A stretch of 64,000 nucleotides of DNA from Vampirovibrionales bacterium (lineage in GTDB: Bacteria > Cyanobacteriota > Vampirovibrionia > Vampirovibrionales > Vampirovibrionaceae), in assembly GCA_029866025.1 (NCBI GenBank), contig JARXAD010000011.1:24306-88305 (forward strand), in the 5' to 3' direction. The notes under the pieces are model-generated. The model was not told the origin of the DNA, did not search any database, and saw nothing but the letters and a program-made list of their open reading frames with translations. Positions 51,259 to 61,337 of the stretch are shown here, in pieces; the first letter of the stretch is position 1; every line of letters starts with the position of its first letter. The position numbers and the translations under genes are program-made.

Positions 51259-53568
51259 ATGATTTTTGCCTTCAGTACTGCCCCTCGCATTCGTCACGCC
51301 CTGGTGTGGGGCTTTGGCTTGGCCTGTCTTAGCATGATACCGGTTCAAGCGGCTTTGGTAGTGCCACAAACGCCACCAGCTGCCTCAACCCAATGGCTAC
51401 AACCCCTCCAACACTGGTGGGAGACGGTGGTAGCCACAGCCTTATCGGCGGTTCCTCTTCCCAACAGCGCCCCCAATAGTGCTGTAGGCGTTCCGGATAA
51501 ATCCAGTACTCTGGCCACAGGGTGGAATCCAACGTGGCTCGCTAAAAACGATCTGATTCGGGTGGGCTTAAGCGATGACGCCATGGAAGCCCTGGAATAC
51601 CCCACCACACGAGTGGGAGCCACCATACCGTGGCAGTTGTGGGACGCCAATAACCCCATGCCTGTTATGGCAGGCACAGCCACGGATGTGATCACCCTAA
51701 GGGTAACAGCGCAAGGCTTTTTGGTCACGGCAGTGCCTCTGGTAAAACCCGTCAATGCCACCAGCAACGCCGCCATCCCCAAAGAGGTAGGCCCGTTTGT
51801 GGGGCCACTCCGGCTCATCCCAGTTAATGAAACGGGTCGGGTGACGGTTCCCAGCATTACGCGGCGAGGCCAAGTGCCCCAATTTAAAGGCGTGTTGGAA
51901 GTGGTACGCGGGTATTCGGCCCCCAACAAACTTACCACCGTCAACGTCGTGGGGCTGCAAGATTACCTAAAAGCCGTGGTACCCAACGAGTTGCCTCCTC
52001 GCTACGGGTTTGAAGCCGTCAAAGCTCAATCCATTGCCGCCCGCAATTACGCCATACGTCCACGAGAAAAGCCCTGGCCCAGCTTTGATATTTGCGATTC
52101 TCAGTACTGCCAAGTGTATTTTGGAGCCCAAACCGAACATCCCACCAGCAATCGGGCCGTGGATGAAACCGAAGGTCTGGTGGCCCTGTATGAAGGTCGC
52201 CCCATTTTGGCCTTGTTTAGTTCATCCCATGGCGGCCACAGCGAAAGCTACGAAAACGCCTTTGCCGATGGCAAGACCTTCCCCGCCGAGCCCATTCCTT
52301 ATTTGCGCGGGCGTCCCGATACGATGGCCGTAGCCCAGCTGGGCGATCTCAGTATTGAAGCCAATGCCCAACGCTTTTGGGGTCAAGCGTTTACTGGCGA
52401 TTACGACGTAAAAACCGCTTACCACCGGTGGGAACGGGTGTGGACGGTGGGTGAATTCTCGCAGGCCCTAAAAACCCAGTGGCCTAAAGTGTGGAAAGAC
52501 ACCAGCACGCGATCCTTTTTAAAGGTGGTGGCGTACACTCCTCCGCCCAGTGGGTCTATTTTGGGTTCAGCCTTTCCCATCACGACTGCCCCGATGGATA
52601 TCACCACGTTGGATGGAGCCACCGTGGATACGGGCAGCGTGCAACGCGTGGACGTGGTGCGCCGGGGTGTCTCTGGCAAGGCCATGACAGTGCTGTTTAC
52701 CACCACCACCGGCCAATTTCAGGCCTCGCGAGAATTTGTGATTCGCAAATTGCTGACTCACCAAGGCAAAATGCTACCCAGCGCCAACGTGGTAGCGGAT
52801 TACGGCCACCAGCCCGATGGAAAACTGGCCACGATTCGTGTACGGGGCGGTGGCTTTGGCCATGGTGTTGGGCTTAGCCAAATTGGGGCCAGCACCCTCA
52901 GTGATGAAGGCTACACCTTTGATCGCATTGTGCAGCATTACTACACAGGGGTGTCCTTGGGCTCTATGCCCGTGGCCATAGGGCTAGCCCCCAACAAAGC
53001 CTTAGAAGCCGCCCAACAACCTGTGACCCACATTAAAGTGCCCTTAGGCACTAGCCAAGCAAGGTTGGTGGTGTCTTCTCCCACAGCAGGGCCGGTGGTG
53101 GTAAGCATTGATGGCCAACATTGGACGATTCCACTGGGGGCCACCGCTTCCGACGTTTCCAACAGTACCCCCGCATTGATTGCTAGCAACAACGCGCCAG
53201 TTTCCTACCTTCAGCAGCAAGGGAACAACACGGGATTTCAACCGGCCACTGTCACGGCCTCGTTGTTTGATTGGATCCGTGGCGGCAACCCCAAACCAAC
53301 ACCCAGCTCAGAAACCACCCTGCCCTCTCCAACGTTCCAGCAGCCTTTCTTACCCAGCATTAAACCGGTTGTCCCCTTTCAACCCAAAACCACTGGCGCC
53401 ATTTTAGCCACGTGGCTAACAGCCAGCGCCCCATTGCCTCCATCCTTGGTGGTGTCCGGTAGCCGTCATAGCATTGCTTTGGTGCCCGATGCCAACCATC
53501 CTCAACGGCCCGTTCGGGCATGGTTAGAGCTCATTCCACCGCGTGCCCAACCGCTAAAGCGACCATAG
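51259..53568 (+). CDS. SpoIID/LytB-domain lytic transglycosylase-like protein with a long C-terminal extension
   Basis: DYLKAVVPNELP, EAVKAQSIAARNYA, FDICDSQYCQVY, GGGFGHGVGLSQIGA, IVQHYYTG. Confidence 0.9.
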   Translation: MIFAFSTAPRIRHALVWGFGLACLSMIPVQAALVVPQTPPAASTQWLQPLQHWWETVVATALSAVPLPNSAPNSAVGVPDKSSTLATGWNPTWLAKNDLIRVGLSDDAMEALEYPTTRVGATIPWQLWDANNPMPVMAGTATDVITLRVTAQGFLVTAVPLVKPVNATSNAAIPKEVGPFVGPLRLIPVNETGRVTVPSITRRGQVPQFKGVLEVVRGYSAPNKLTTVNVVGLQDYLKAVVPNELPPRYGFEAVKAQSIAARNYAIRPREKPWPSFDICDSQYCQVYFGAQTEHPTSNRAVDETEGLVALYEGRPILALFSSSHGGHSESYENAFADGKTFPAEPIPYLRGRPDTMAVAQLGDLSIEANAQRFWGQAFTGDYDVKTAYHRWERVWTVGEFSQALKTQWPKVWKDTSTRSFLKVVAYTPPPSGSILGSAFPITTAPMDITTLDGATVDTGSVQRVDVVRRGVSGKAMTVLFTTTTGQFQASREFVIRKLLTHQGKMLPSANVVADYGHQPDGKLATIRVRGGGFGHGVGLSQIGASTLSDEGYTFDRIVQHYYTGVSLGSMPVAIGLAPNKALEAAQQPVTHIKVPLGTSQARLVVSSPTAGPVVVSIDGQHWTIPLGATASDVSNSTPALIASNNAPVSYLQQQGNNTGFQPATVTASLFDWIRGGNPKPTPSSETTLPSPTFQQPFLPSIKPVVPFQPKTTGAILATWLTASAPLPPSLVVSGSRHSIALVPDANHPQRPVRAWLELIPPRAQPLKRP

Positions 53569-53585
53569 AGACCAAGCGCGGGCTT

Positions 53586-54275
53586 TTACCAGCCACTTTC
53601 TCTGCTGCGGCGTTCACGGTCTTTTTCAAACCCAAACTGCACCAAGCGAGATTCATCTTGAGGGCGAATGGCCTGGCAGTAAATGGCCACCACATGGCGC
53701 TCTGCCATGGGCACACCCCGGTGGGGATTATCAAACCCGTACACCACCACGCCCGTTGCCGTAACAAAATGCCCCCCCAGTGCAATGGTTACCCGCACCT
53801 GAGTGTTTGGGGCAATCGCCTGATCACAGGCCACCCGAAAGCCATTGCCACTAATATTGTGGGTCATACCCTTTAATTCCAAAACGCTTTCACCCATCTC
53901 GTCTAAAAGTGCAAGAGTGACAGGTTCGCGCGCAGGTACCCGAACAAAACGGCGTTGCTGCACATGTTCAATGGGCAGGCCTTTGGCCACCGAAAGCCAA
54001 ATACCCGGCAATGGGGTGAACACCAATCGCTCCACCCCAGGGCGGCAATGAATACGCCCTTGAGGTAAGACGGCATGCACCACCACCGGCGTTTCTACTT
54101 TTAGTTCGCTTCGCCAATCGCACACGTGGGGGTCCGGCGGATCCAGCATCAGGGCTGTTCCATCAGGGGACCAATCTTTGACGTAACTGGCCCATTGGTA
54201 CCCACTAGGCACAGTGGCCCACAGGCGTTGCCCAAGGGGTAAATAACGTGGCAGCTCTTGGGTACTTAAGGACAT
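53586..54275 (-). CDS. YcgR/flagellar-brake-like protein with a C-terminal PilZ domain
   Basis: QQRRFVR (RxxxR) and HNISGNG (D/NxSxxG) c-di-GMP motifs after a YcgR_N-like region. Confidence 0.88.
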   Translation of the reverse strand: MSLSTQELPRYLPLGQRLWATVPSGYQWASYVKDWSPDGTALMLDPPDPHVCDWRSELKVETPVVVHAVLPQGRIHCRPGVERLVFTPLPGIWLSVAKGLPIEHVQQRRFVRVPAREPVTLALLDEMGESVLELKGMTHNISGNGFRVACDQAIAPNTQVRVTIALGGHFVTATGVVVYGFDNPHRGVPMAERHVVAIYCQAIRPQDESRLVQFGFEKDRERRSRESGW

Positions 54276-54372
54276 ACAGCCATTATACAGAAGTCCTCCA
54301 AAGACTTCTTCTTCTCACCAACCCAGACCAACCAAAGCCCCATTTCACAGTACAATTCACTCTACAAAAAGC

Positions 54373-54564
54373 TTACAAGCTGAGAATATCCTCTATGGCT
54401 TCCGCATCACTCAGGTAGCGAGAAGAACGAGTGGTACCGGATCGTCTCATGTACGTCCGCAACGCTTCGCGAATGAGTTCACTACGAGAGCGCTGCTCTT
54501 GCTCCGCCATTGTATCCACTTGCTCCAAAAAGTCATCTTTCATTGAAATTAGTACCCGTGCCAT
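54373..54564 (-). CDS. CopG/ribbon-helix-helix transcriptional regulator
   Basis: RVLISMKDDFLEQVDTMAEQEQRSRSELIREALRTYM; GAGG RBS. Confidence 0.88.
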   Translation of the reverse strand: MARVLISMKDDFLEQVDTMAEQEQRSRSELIREALRTYMRRSGTTRSSRYLSDAEAIEDILSL

Positions 54565-54986
54565 ACAATCTCCGTTGCCTCCTCAGTTCCCAATAGGGCC
54601 ATGCCCAGCTCAAAATAATGTTTTGGTTCTTCTGTTCCCTATTCCGACAACCCCATCTTTTACCTTACGCAGACAGACGTGTTGTTAATCCTCAACGGAT
54701 CCCTTTACAAGGATAGATTATATGGGTCCGACATATGAACTGTCGATGCTTTGGTGACGTAATACGACGTTTTTGTAACAACTTGGTTACCCCCTTGACG
54801 CTTTACGAAAGCCAGCATTACAGTATTTCTTATCTTTTCTAAGATATCCAACTACGACGAGGAACTTATCCTGAGAAGCGGGCGTCTTTAGGAATGGTAC
54901 TACGGGAAAGCCGAGTACGTGAGAACAACGTCCACCAAGGCGGTGCTCTCAACGCAACAACCAATGTGGGTGTAGGAGTCAAAATC

Positions 54987-55388
54987 ATGGGGATTGCTGG
55001 ATTAGCCGGTATGTACAGCGCCATTGCCATGCGTTTTGGTGCTGAATCAACCCTGTTTAACGCCAACCAAGCCCGCATGGGGTTGGCCAACGGGGCCGCT
55101 TCACAAGTGGCTTTTATGGGCGATGCCGCTTATTTTGGTAGCGCAACCGGCGCTGCTCCTGTTTTTGGCAGTGGTGCCGCTGGTGGAAATCCCTTTGCCG
55201 CCTTGGGCCCCAGTTTTGGTGCCGCAGATAGCCCTATGATGCAACTGTATCAACAAGATCGCATGCAGGAGCTTCAGTCGGTTCGAGCCAGTGTGCAATT
55301 AGCTTACGCTGACGCGATGCAAAAATATTATGCAAAATCAGTCGAAGATTGGGGCAAATCCTTCAACACCTTTAACGCCAAGGCCTAG
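54987..55388 (+). CDS. Hypothetical low-complexity G/A-rich protein with repeated FG motifs
   Basis: AGGAG RBS before ATG 54987; RFG, AFMG, YFG, VFG, SFG, then an amphipathic C-terminal helix. Confidence 0.75.
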   Translation: MGIAGLAGMYSAIAMRFGAESTLFNANQARMGLANGAASQVAFMGDAAYFGSATGAAPVFGSGAAGGNPFAALGPSFGAADSPMMQLYQQDRMQELQSVRASVQLAYADAMQKYYAKSVEDWGKSFNTFNAKA

Positions 55389-55422
55389 ACTGTAAGCCGC
55401 CTTTTCAAGGCTCTAAATCCTG

Positions 55423-55613
55423 TGGGTAAGGGTGGGTTGTTGGGTTTACAATGCGCGAGAATGAACCCAACAACGCCTCTCAGCGGGCAAGCAAAGCGCA
55501 GCCGCTGCAAGGCGACACCCGAAAGCCCACAGAGGTACGTTGCTTAGATCCATTTGCGGGATACACAAGGGACGCAGTCCCTGTGCGGGGAGCGTTGAGG
55601 GGCCGGCCCCTCA
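55423..55613 (-). repeat. ~192-bp palindromic interspersed repeat, copy A (inverted relative to B and C)
   Basis: Reverse complement aligns to 56394..56585, including GAGGGGCCGGCCCCTC, CACAGGGACTGCGTCCCTTGTG and GTTGTTGGGTT...AACCCAACAAC. Confidence 0.92.
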
Positions 55614-55716
55614 ACATAACACATTGAGCTCTAACCGAGATCCAACATTAAAACCAAATAACACCACAGGAATAACCAAAAGAAAATTGGACGACACACG
55701 ACAAAGCGTGTAGCCT

Positions 55717-56298
55717 ATGAGTATGAAATTTGCCCCCGCCCACTTCCTCATTTCGTCTCCCACGTTGGCCTTGTGCCCACCCAGCTTAGGCTTGCCCGAA
55801 TTTGCCATGGTGGGACGCAGCAACGTGGGAAAATCATCTTTTATTAACGCCCTGCTAGCACGCAAGGGCTTGGCCAAAACCAGCAACACGCCGGGTAAAA
55901 CTCGGCTGATTAACTTTTATCACGTGGCGGATGCCCTACGACTGGTGGATTTGCCCGGCTACGGCTACGCCAAAGTAAGCAAAACCTTGCAACAAGAGTG
56001 GCAAGGCCACATGGAGCAATACCTGCTGGCACGTCCCAACATGGTGCTGATGCTCATTGATTCTCGCCACCCGCCCAAAGAGAGCGACCTGCAAATGTTG
56101 AACTGGCTGCAGCATCATGCGCGGCCCACTCAGCTGATTTTGACTAAAATGGACAAGCTGAAAGCCCAAGAGCAGCGCGAATCACTGAAAATTGCCTCAG
56201 ACGTGTTGGGCCTGCCCCCCGACGCCTTTATTCCCTTTTCTGCCGAAAAAGGCTTAGGTGTGGATGTGGTGCGCCAGCGCATGGTCAGCTGGCTATAA
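55717..56298 (+). CDS. engB: Ribosome biogenesis GTPase EngB (YihA/YsxC)
   Basis: EFAMVGRSNVGKSSFINAL, AKTSNTPGKTRLINF, LVDLPGYGYAKV, LTKMDK. Confidence 0.96.
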   Translation: MSMKFAPAHFLISSPTLALCPPSLGLPEFAMVGRSNVGKSSFINALLARKGLAKTSNTPGKTRLINFYHVADALRLVDLPGYGYAKVSKTLQQEWQGHMEQYLLARPNMVLMLIDSRHPPKESDLQMLNWLQHHARPTQLILTKMDKLKAQEQRESLKIASDVLGLPPDAFIPFSAEKGLGVDVVRQRMVSWL

Positions 56299-56393
56299 CT
56301 GCGCCCCCAGCAAGCTGGTTTTATAAATAGCATTATGCGTAATCTTCCAATATTTGGGGGGGTTACGCTTTTTAGTGAATAACACCCTTGGGG

Positions 56394-56585
56394 TGCCGAG
56401 GGGCCAGCCCCTCAGCGCTCCCCGCACAGGGACTGCGTCCCTTGTGTATCCCGCAACGGATCTGGGCGACTACTCTCGCGGTTTTCGGGCGTCGCCAGAA
56501 CTGCGGCTACGCTTTGCTTGCCCGCAGACAGGCGTTGTTGGGTTAATGCTAGCGCATTGTAAACCCAACAACCCGCCCTTAACCA
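56394..56585 (+). repeat. ~192-bp palindromic interspersed repeat, copy B
   Basis: Colinear and ungapped with copy C; about 21 mismatches in 192 bp counted by eye. Confidence 0.92.
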
Positions 56586-56663
56586 CGGCAATTAGATAGT
56601 GGAAAGCCCTAAGGGTTTTAAGCATTTACGCACTATGCAAACTATATAAACGCACTTCGTGCG

Positions 56664-56760
56664 AAAAAAAGCTGCCGATTGGAGAACCGGCAGCGCCATC
56701 ATTTGGGGAGGAGGTTGAGGATGTTAGTGGGTTATAACGCCACCAACAAGATAGGTATCG
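56664..56760 (-). ncRNA. Candidate small RNA: hairpin, C-rich anti-SD linker, intrinsic terminator
   Basis: Minus strand: TTGTAT-N16-TATAAG upstream, 9-bp hairpin TGTTGGTGG/CCACTAACA (G-U only on this strand), TCCTCAACCTCCTCCCC linker, GCTGCCG/CGGCAGC stem plus T7. Confidence 0.5.
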
Positions 56761-57120
56761 GAAAGACTTATATATTATTTATATAATAATACAATTCATT
56801 TACACTCCTCCAATCGGCTGACATGAGAAAGAAGGCTGGAACCTAATATGTAACAATTTATTTACAAAGGCGGGTTACAAGGGCTGTAATTGCACGTTGG
56901 GATCTTGAGGTGCTTTAATACACATGACAGACGTGAGTTTACTTATGTTTGTTGGTTCAAGCCATTGAACCGGTGTGAATTAGAGGCGCAGCCTTCAACA
57001 GTATTTGTGGCCAAGACGGTGGAACGTCGATTGCAGGCCACGAAGAAAGGGGACAGGCTGCCGAAACGGTTTTGATGATTGCGGTAACGCAAGCACTCGC
57101 GGGTTTCCACACCCAAGCCG

Positions 57121-59265
57121 TTGGTGATACGGGTTAAATTCCCTGTCACTGTCCAGCACTTGCCTGCTGGGTGCGCTAGTCACTCAATCCCTATCTGGAG
57201 CATTGTTATTCTTACCCGTTTGCCCTTAACGTCTGCTTTTCAGGCAACGGGGGACCCCCAGTTTTTGGGTTCCTCCCCGCATGCCTTGGTTGCGTCGCCC
57301 CCAGCGAAAGCCAAGCCGCTTTCGGCTGCTCATTCAAATAGCCGTGCAACCCAATTTGCAGGTAGTGGGATAATGCAGCAGGTGGGCAACGCCATTCAGG
57401 CCATTCCCCGTTTTTTAGATCACCACATTTACAGCGATCCGGGTATTCGTTACGCCACCGAGCAAACCGTGTGCTTTACGTTGCCGCGCACCGTGGTTCA
57501 GGTAAACCGCAACATTCACGAAACAGGCCTAAAAAATGTGTTGGCCGGTTGGGAACGCTTTCTCAACGATTTTTCGGCGGATATTTTAGACACCTTTGCC
57601 CCCGGCGCTATTGCGTATTTGGGCATTAGCCGCTGGCTGGATAAACGCAAGGGAACCATCACCCACGCCATGATGGGGCAGCAGGCCATGGGGCTGTACA
57701 GCCATATTGGTGCCGAGGCCACCAGCCAAGCCGATTTTTACCACCGCCTGGAAAGCTATTTGCACACCCATGGTTCGGCCACACCCACTGCAGCCAAGCC
57801 CGCGCTTAATCTGCAAGCCACTATTCAGGAATTAATGGAAAAAGAGGCGGCACGCGCGAAGGTACCCTTACTAAAGCGTTGGTTTAGTAACAACCCCATC
57901 AAGACGTTTAAAACCCAGAAAGCCCAGCAGTTGGCCAGCCAGCTAGGCCACACCCAGTTGGAATTAACCCTACCTTATGCTGACGCTTTTGGCCACGAAG
58001 CCACTCGGCTTAAGCGCCAGGCCAGCATTGCCATTCCCGATCTTCTCTCTGACCTTAAAATCATTCAGCGGCATTTAAGCAACGCGGCCCCCCATGCAAA
58101 CCAGCTAAAAACCACGGAAGCCTTTGGCAAGCGTCTGGTTCACTTAATGGATACCACTCACACCGCAGCCAAGCACCACATGTGGGCCAATGCCATGGCC
58201 TTGGTAGCCAGTTTAGCCATGCCCTTTATCAGCCGATTGATTACCAAAGCCGTTGCTGGAGATGACCGGAACCCAGCCACCCAAGCGCTGCAAGAGCATT
58301 ACGGCACGGATAGCTTACTGAAAAAAGCCGTCCCTCACCCGCATCGCGCCACGGCAACTTTTGGCCAGCAAGCTGGTGATGAAAAAGAAATTAAACAACC
58401 GTGGTGGCACTTTGGGATGGGCAGATCCGCAACCAACTCGTCCACTAAAAAGGCGTCCGTTGGACGCTTTGTGTGGTTTCCGTATTTGTCTGAGTGCTGG
58501 AAGGAAGGGAAAATCACCCCGATGGCCATTACCGCGGCCTTTTTTGGGGCCTTGGGCTTTATGGTCAACCGGCGCTTTAGCAAACAGGGCCTTAGTTTTT
58601 TTAAACCCAAAGATTTGCTCAAAGTGTACGAATTTCAACGTGGCTTTCCGTGGACCACCGTGGCCCAAATGGAACTAACCTACGGGTTGCTGTGTGGCTT
58701 CCGTCTGTTGTCGGCTCGCGACCAAGGCGACTGGCAGGAAGCCGCCCTGCGGGATGCCTTCCTTGGTTGGCCCACCCTCACCTACGGCTTTGAGGCCATT
58801 CGTAAAGGCCTCATGCGCGGCGGCAACACCCTGCTGAAGAAGGTGGTTCAGCGGGGCTCCCAAGATGCTGCCAGTAAATTTCACAATCTAACAATACCTG
58901 AGACCGCCCAATGGATGAGTCACGGCGTTGAAAAGAACGCTAAATTTTGGCAACCCGAATTTTGGGGCACCCCTCGTGCCCGCGATGAAATAACCCAAGA
59001 GTTGCTGACCCATACTGTTCCTGCCAGCTGGAGCCTTGAGGCCGTAGGGAAACTAACCCAGTACACTCAACGTGTGCAGGAGTGGATTACGTTAGCGTCT
59101 GCGGCCATGTCCGTGACGTTATTGTCGTATTTAGAGCCCAAGTGGGGCATTCAAATGACCACTGCACTGGAAACCAAGCGGTATCATACCAAGTTGGGTC
59201 ATGTTATCCGGCGGTTAACTGCACAAAACAGCAATCCAAGCCCCAGCATGAATGTTAATTTTTAG
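57121..59265 (+). CDS. Large hypothetical membrane protein
   Basis: Up to 714 aa with several hydrophobic helices; N-terminal block similar to the 1..1179 protein. True start uncertain. Confidence 0.75.
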   Translation: MVIRVKFPVTVQHLPAGCASHSIPIWSIVILTRLPLTSAFQATGDPQFLGSSPHALVASPPAKAKPLSAAHSNSRATQFAGSGIMQQVGNAIQAIPRFLDHHIYSDPGIRYATEQTVCFTLPRTVVQVNRNIHETGLKNVLAGWERFLNDFSADILDTFAPGAIAYLGISRWLDKRKGTITHAMMGQQAMGLYSHIGAEATSQADFYHRLESYLHTHGSATPTAAKPALNLQATIQELMEKEAARAKVPLLKRWFSNNPIKTFKTQKAQQLASQLGHTQLELTLPYADAFGHEATRLKRQASIAIPDLLSDLKIIQRHLSNAAPHANQLKTTEAFGKRLVHLMDTTHTAAKHHMWANAMALVASLAMPFISRLITKAVAGDDRNPATQALQEHYGTDSLLKKAVPHPHRATATFGQQAGDEKEIKQPWWHFGMGRSATNSSTKKASVGRFVWFPYLSECWKEGKITPMAITAAFFGALGFMVNRRFSKQGLSFFKPKDLLKVYEFQRGFPWTTVAQMELTYGLLCGFRLLSARDQGDWQEAALRDAFLGWPTLTYGFEAIRKGLMRGGNTLLKKVVQRGSQDAASKFHNLTIPETAQWMSHGVEKNAKFWQPEFWGTPRARDEITQELLTHTVPASWSLEAVGKLTQYTQRVQEWITLASAAMSVTLLSYLEPKWGIQMTTALETKRYHTKLGHVIRRLTAQNSNPSPSMNVNF

Positions 59266-59650
59266 CTTGGCTTATTTGTAAGGCTTGCCTAATTTTTTTG
59301 CATAAGGTGGCAGCGTCAATAGGTTTTAGCAAATAATTATTGGCCCCTGCACGAATCACATCCACAATATCTGACTTTTCCCGATCAATGGTAATCATCA
59401 TAATAGGGGTTAGGTTGCCATGAGCCCTAATTTCTCGAATGCATTCTAAGCCGTTCATTTCAGGCATGTTCCAGTCCATCAAAATAATATCGGCAGGAGG
59501 GTTCATCCTCACCCAAAATAATGCCTCTTTCCCGTTGTCTCGCTCAATAAAATCTACGGGGCTCATACCTAATTCTTGCTCAATGGCTTGCTTCGCTAAG
59601 CGCCTAAATACGGCTGAATCATCCACCAATAATATTTTTATCGCTGTCAC
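59255..59650 (-). CDS. Single-domain CheY-like response regulator
   Basis: ILLVDDS, IILMDWNMPEMNG, PIMMIT, GANNYLLKP. Confidence 0.92.
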   Translation of the reverse strand: MTAIKILLVDDSAVFRRLAKQAIEQELGMSPVDFIERDNGKEALFWVRMNPPADIILMDWNMPEMNGLECIREIRAHGNLTPIMMITIDREKSDIVDVIRAGANNYLLKPIDAATLCKKIRQALQISQAKN

Positions 59651-59816
59651 AACCTAAACCCCTAAGCGTTATGGATGTTAGGGAACTTCATCCCCATAAC
59701 AGTATCTATCGCCCCATTAATGTATGGCCTTTAGCCTACAAAAACAGAACCAGCAAAGGCGTTTAGGCTGAAAGTACCAAGCCAATCAGCCCATACGGTT
59801 GCAAACAAAGCGATCG

Positions 59817-61232
59817 TTATTTTTTATTAGTAATGGCTTGCCAAATTAAAAACACGGGCAACCCTAACAGCGTAAAGCCGGCACCAATCAGGCTGGTTTG
59901 CTGGGTTTGAGGAGCCACCAACAAATAAGCGCTGAGGACACTGGCACCAACAATGTAGCCAATAGGAATGAGGTAATCCGTCCAACGCGTCATACGCACT
60001 TGCTGGGGAATGGTTTGGGCCAGTTTTAGCAAGCCGCCAATGGTGAGCACGTAAAACACCAAGGCCGTAAAGATAATGAAGGCCAGCAGGGTGCTGTAGC
60101 TGCCACTCATGGCAAGCAACACACCCCAACCAAATTGCGCCCACAAACTCACATTGGGGGTTTTGGTCACAGGGTGAAGCTGGGCAAAGGGTTTGAATAA
60201 CAAGCCATCGCAGGCCATGGCGTAAAACACCCGCGCACCTGACATGATCATGCCATTGAGGCAACCAAAGGTAGACACCAAAATCATGATGGCAATGAGG
60301 GTGCCGCCCAAGGGCCCAAACAAGGTGGTCATCATGGTGGCGGCCACTTTGTCATCGGGGGCGTGGGCAATCACATCCATGGGCAGTACGTTGAGGTAGG
60401 CCAGGTTCGCCAACACATACAAAACAACCACGGCACCGGCACCCAACACCAAGGCTTTGGGCAAGGTCACGCTAGGATTTTTCACTTCACCGCCAATAAA
60501 GGTAACGTAGCACCACGCATCCGATGAGAACAACGGCCCCACAGCTGCCACCGCCAAGATGGGCATGAGGCCATAGGTGCCAATATCCCCCGTGGTGGGA
60601 ACGGTAAAGTTAAACAAGTTCACATGACCGGCCCACAGGTGATGGCCCAGCGCAAAGCCAATGACAATGAGCACCAGCAAGGCCAACACCTTGAGGGTGG
60701 TAAAAATGTTTTGCAGCTTACTAGCGCTTTCCACGCCTTGGGTGTTAAACCACGTGAGGAACAGCAAACAGGTGGCAGCCAATAGTTTTTCAGTAGTGAG
60801 AGACAAGCCAAAGGGCAGGGCCGCAATGGCTTGGGTGTTAATAGCAGGCCACAGCACCCCCACATAGCGGGCAAAGGCCACCGCCACCGCTGCCATAGAA
60901 CCCGTTTGAATCACCCAAAAGAAGACCCAACCGTATAAAAACGCCGGGATTTTTCCCCAACATTCGCGCAAAAACACATATTGGCCACCGGCTTCCGGCA
61001 TGTGGGCGGCCAATTTTCCGTAGCTGGCGGCACCAAACAGGGTAATCACGCCCGTCAGCACCCATAGCCAAATCATGCCGGTTTCCGTACCCATGTAGCG
61101 GGCGGTTTCGGGAGACACCAAGAAAATCCCCGAGCCCACCATGCTGCCAATGACGATGGCGGTGGCGCTAAACAAGCCCAGCGTGCGGTTCATGTCGCTA
61201 GCAGGGGCGGTTTCTGATGGGTTCGTAGTCAT
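59817..61232 (-). CDS. APC-superfamily amino acid permease
   Basis: LGLFSATAIVIGSMVGSGIF, PEAGGQYVFL, GGEVKNP, SGARVFYAMACDG, KTPNVSL; about 12 TM segments. Confidence 0.95.
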   Translation of the reverse strand: MTTNPSETAPASDMNRTLGLFSATAIVIGSMVGSGIFLVSPETARYMGTETGMIWLWVLTGVITLFGAASYGKLAAHMPEAGGQYVFLRECWGKIPAFLYGWVFFWVIQTGSMAAVAVAFARYVGVLWPAINTQAIAALPFGLSLTTEKLLAATCLLFLTWFNTQGVESASKLQNIFTTLKVLALLVLIVIGFALGHHLWAGHVNLFNFTVPTTGDIGTYGLMPILAVAAVGPLFSSDAWCYVTFIGGEVKNPSVTLPKALVLGAGAVVVLYVLANLAYLNVLPMDVIAHAPDDKVAATMMTTLFGPLGGTLIAIMILVSTFGCLNGMIMSGARVFYAMACDGLLFKPFAQLHPVTKTPNVSLWAQFGWGVLLAMSGSYSTLLAFIIFTALVFYVLTIGGLLKLAQTIPQQVRMTRWTDYLIPIGYIVGASVLSAYLLVAPQTQQTSLIGAGFTLLGLPVFLIWQAITNKK

Positions 61233-61337
61233 CGAAGCATCACTTTCTCTAATTGGATGTAAAAACAGTGCTTCTATCCTAAAGAGAAAACTGCATTGTG
61301 GGAATGCTTACCCCATACCTAACGTTAGAATGCTCTC

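Noticed and set aside
54373-54564. CopG/RHH gene as a type II antitoxin
   Set aside because: No toxin ORF adjacent; the downstream gene is a PilZ protein.
56354-56599. ORFs 56354..56599, 61298..61543, 61141..61539 and 55611..55889
   Set aside because: The first three are read-throughs of the 192-bp repeat and their mutual similarity reflects it; the fourth is antisense to engB.
56781-56801. Six-codon minus-strand ORF MNCIII behind a GGAGGAG SD
   Set aside because: Too short to evaluate; the SD is the complement of the CTCCTCC already explained by the local pairing pattern.
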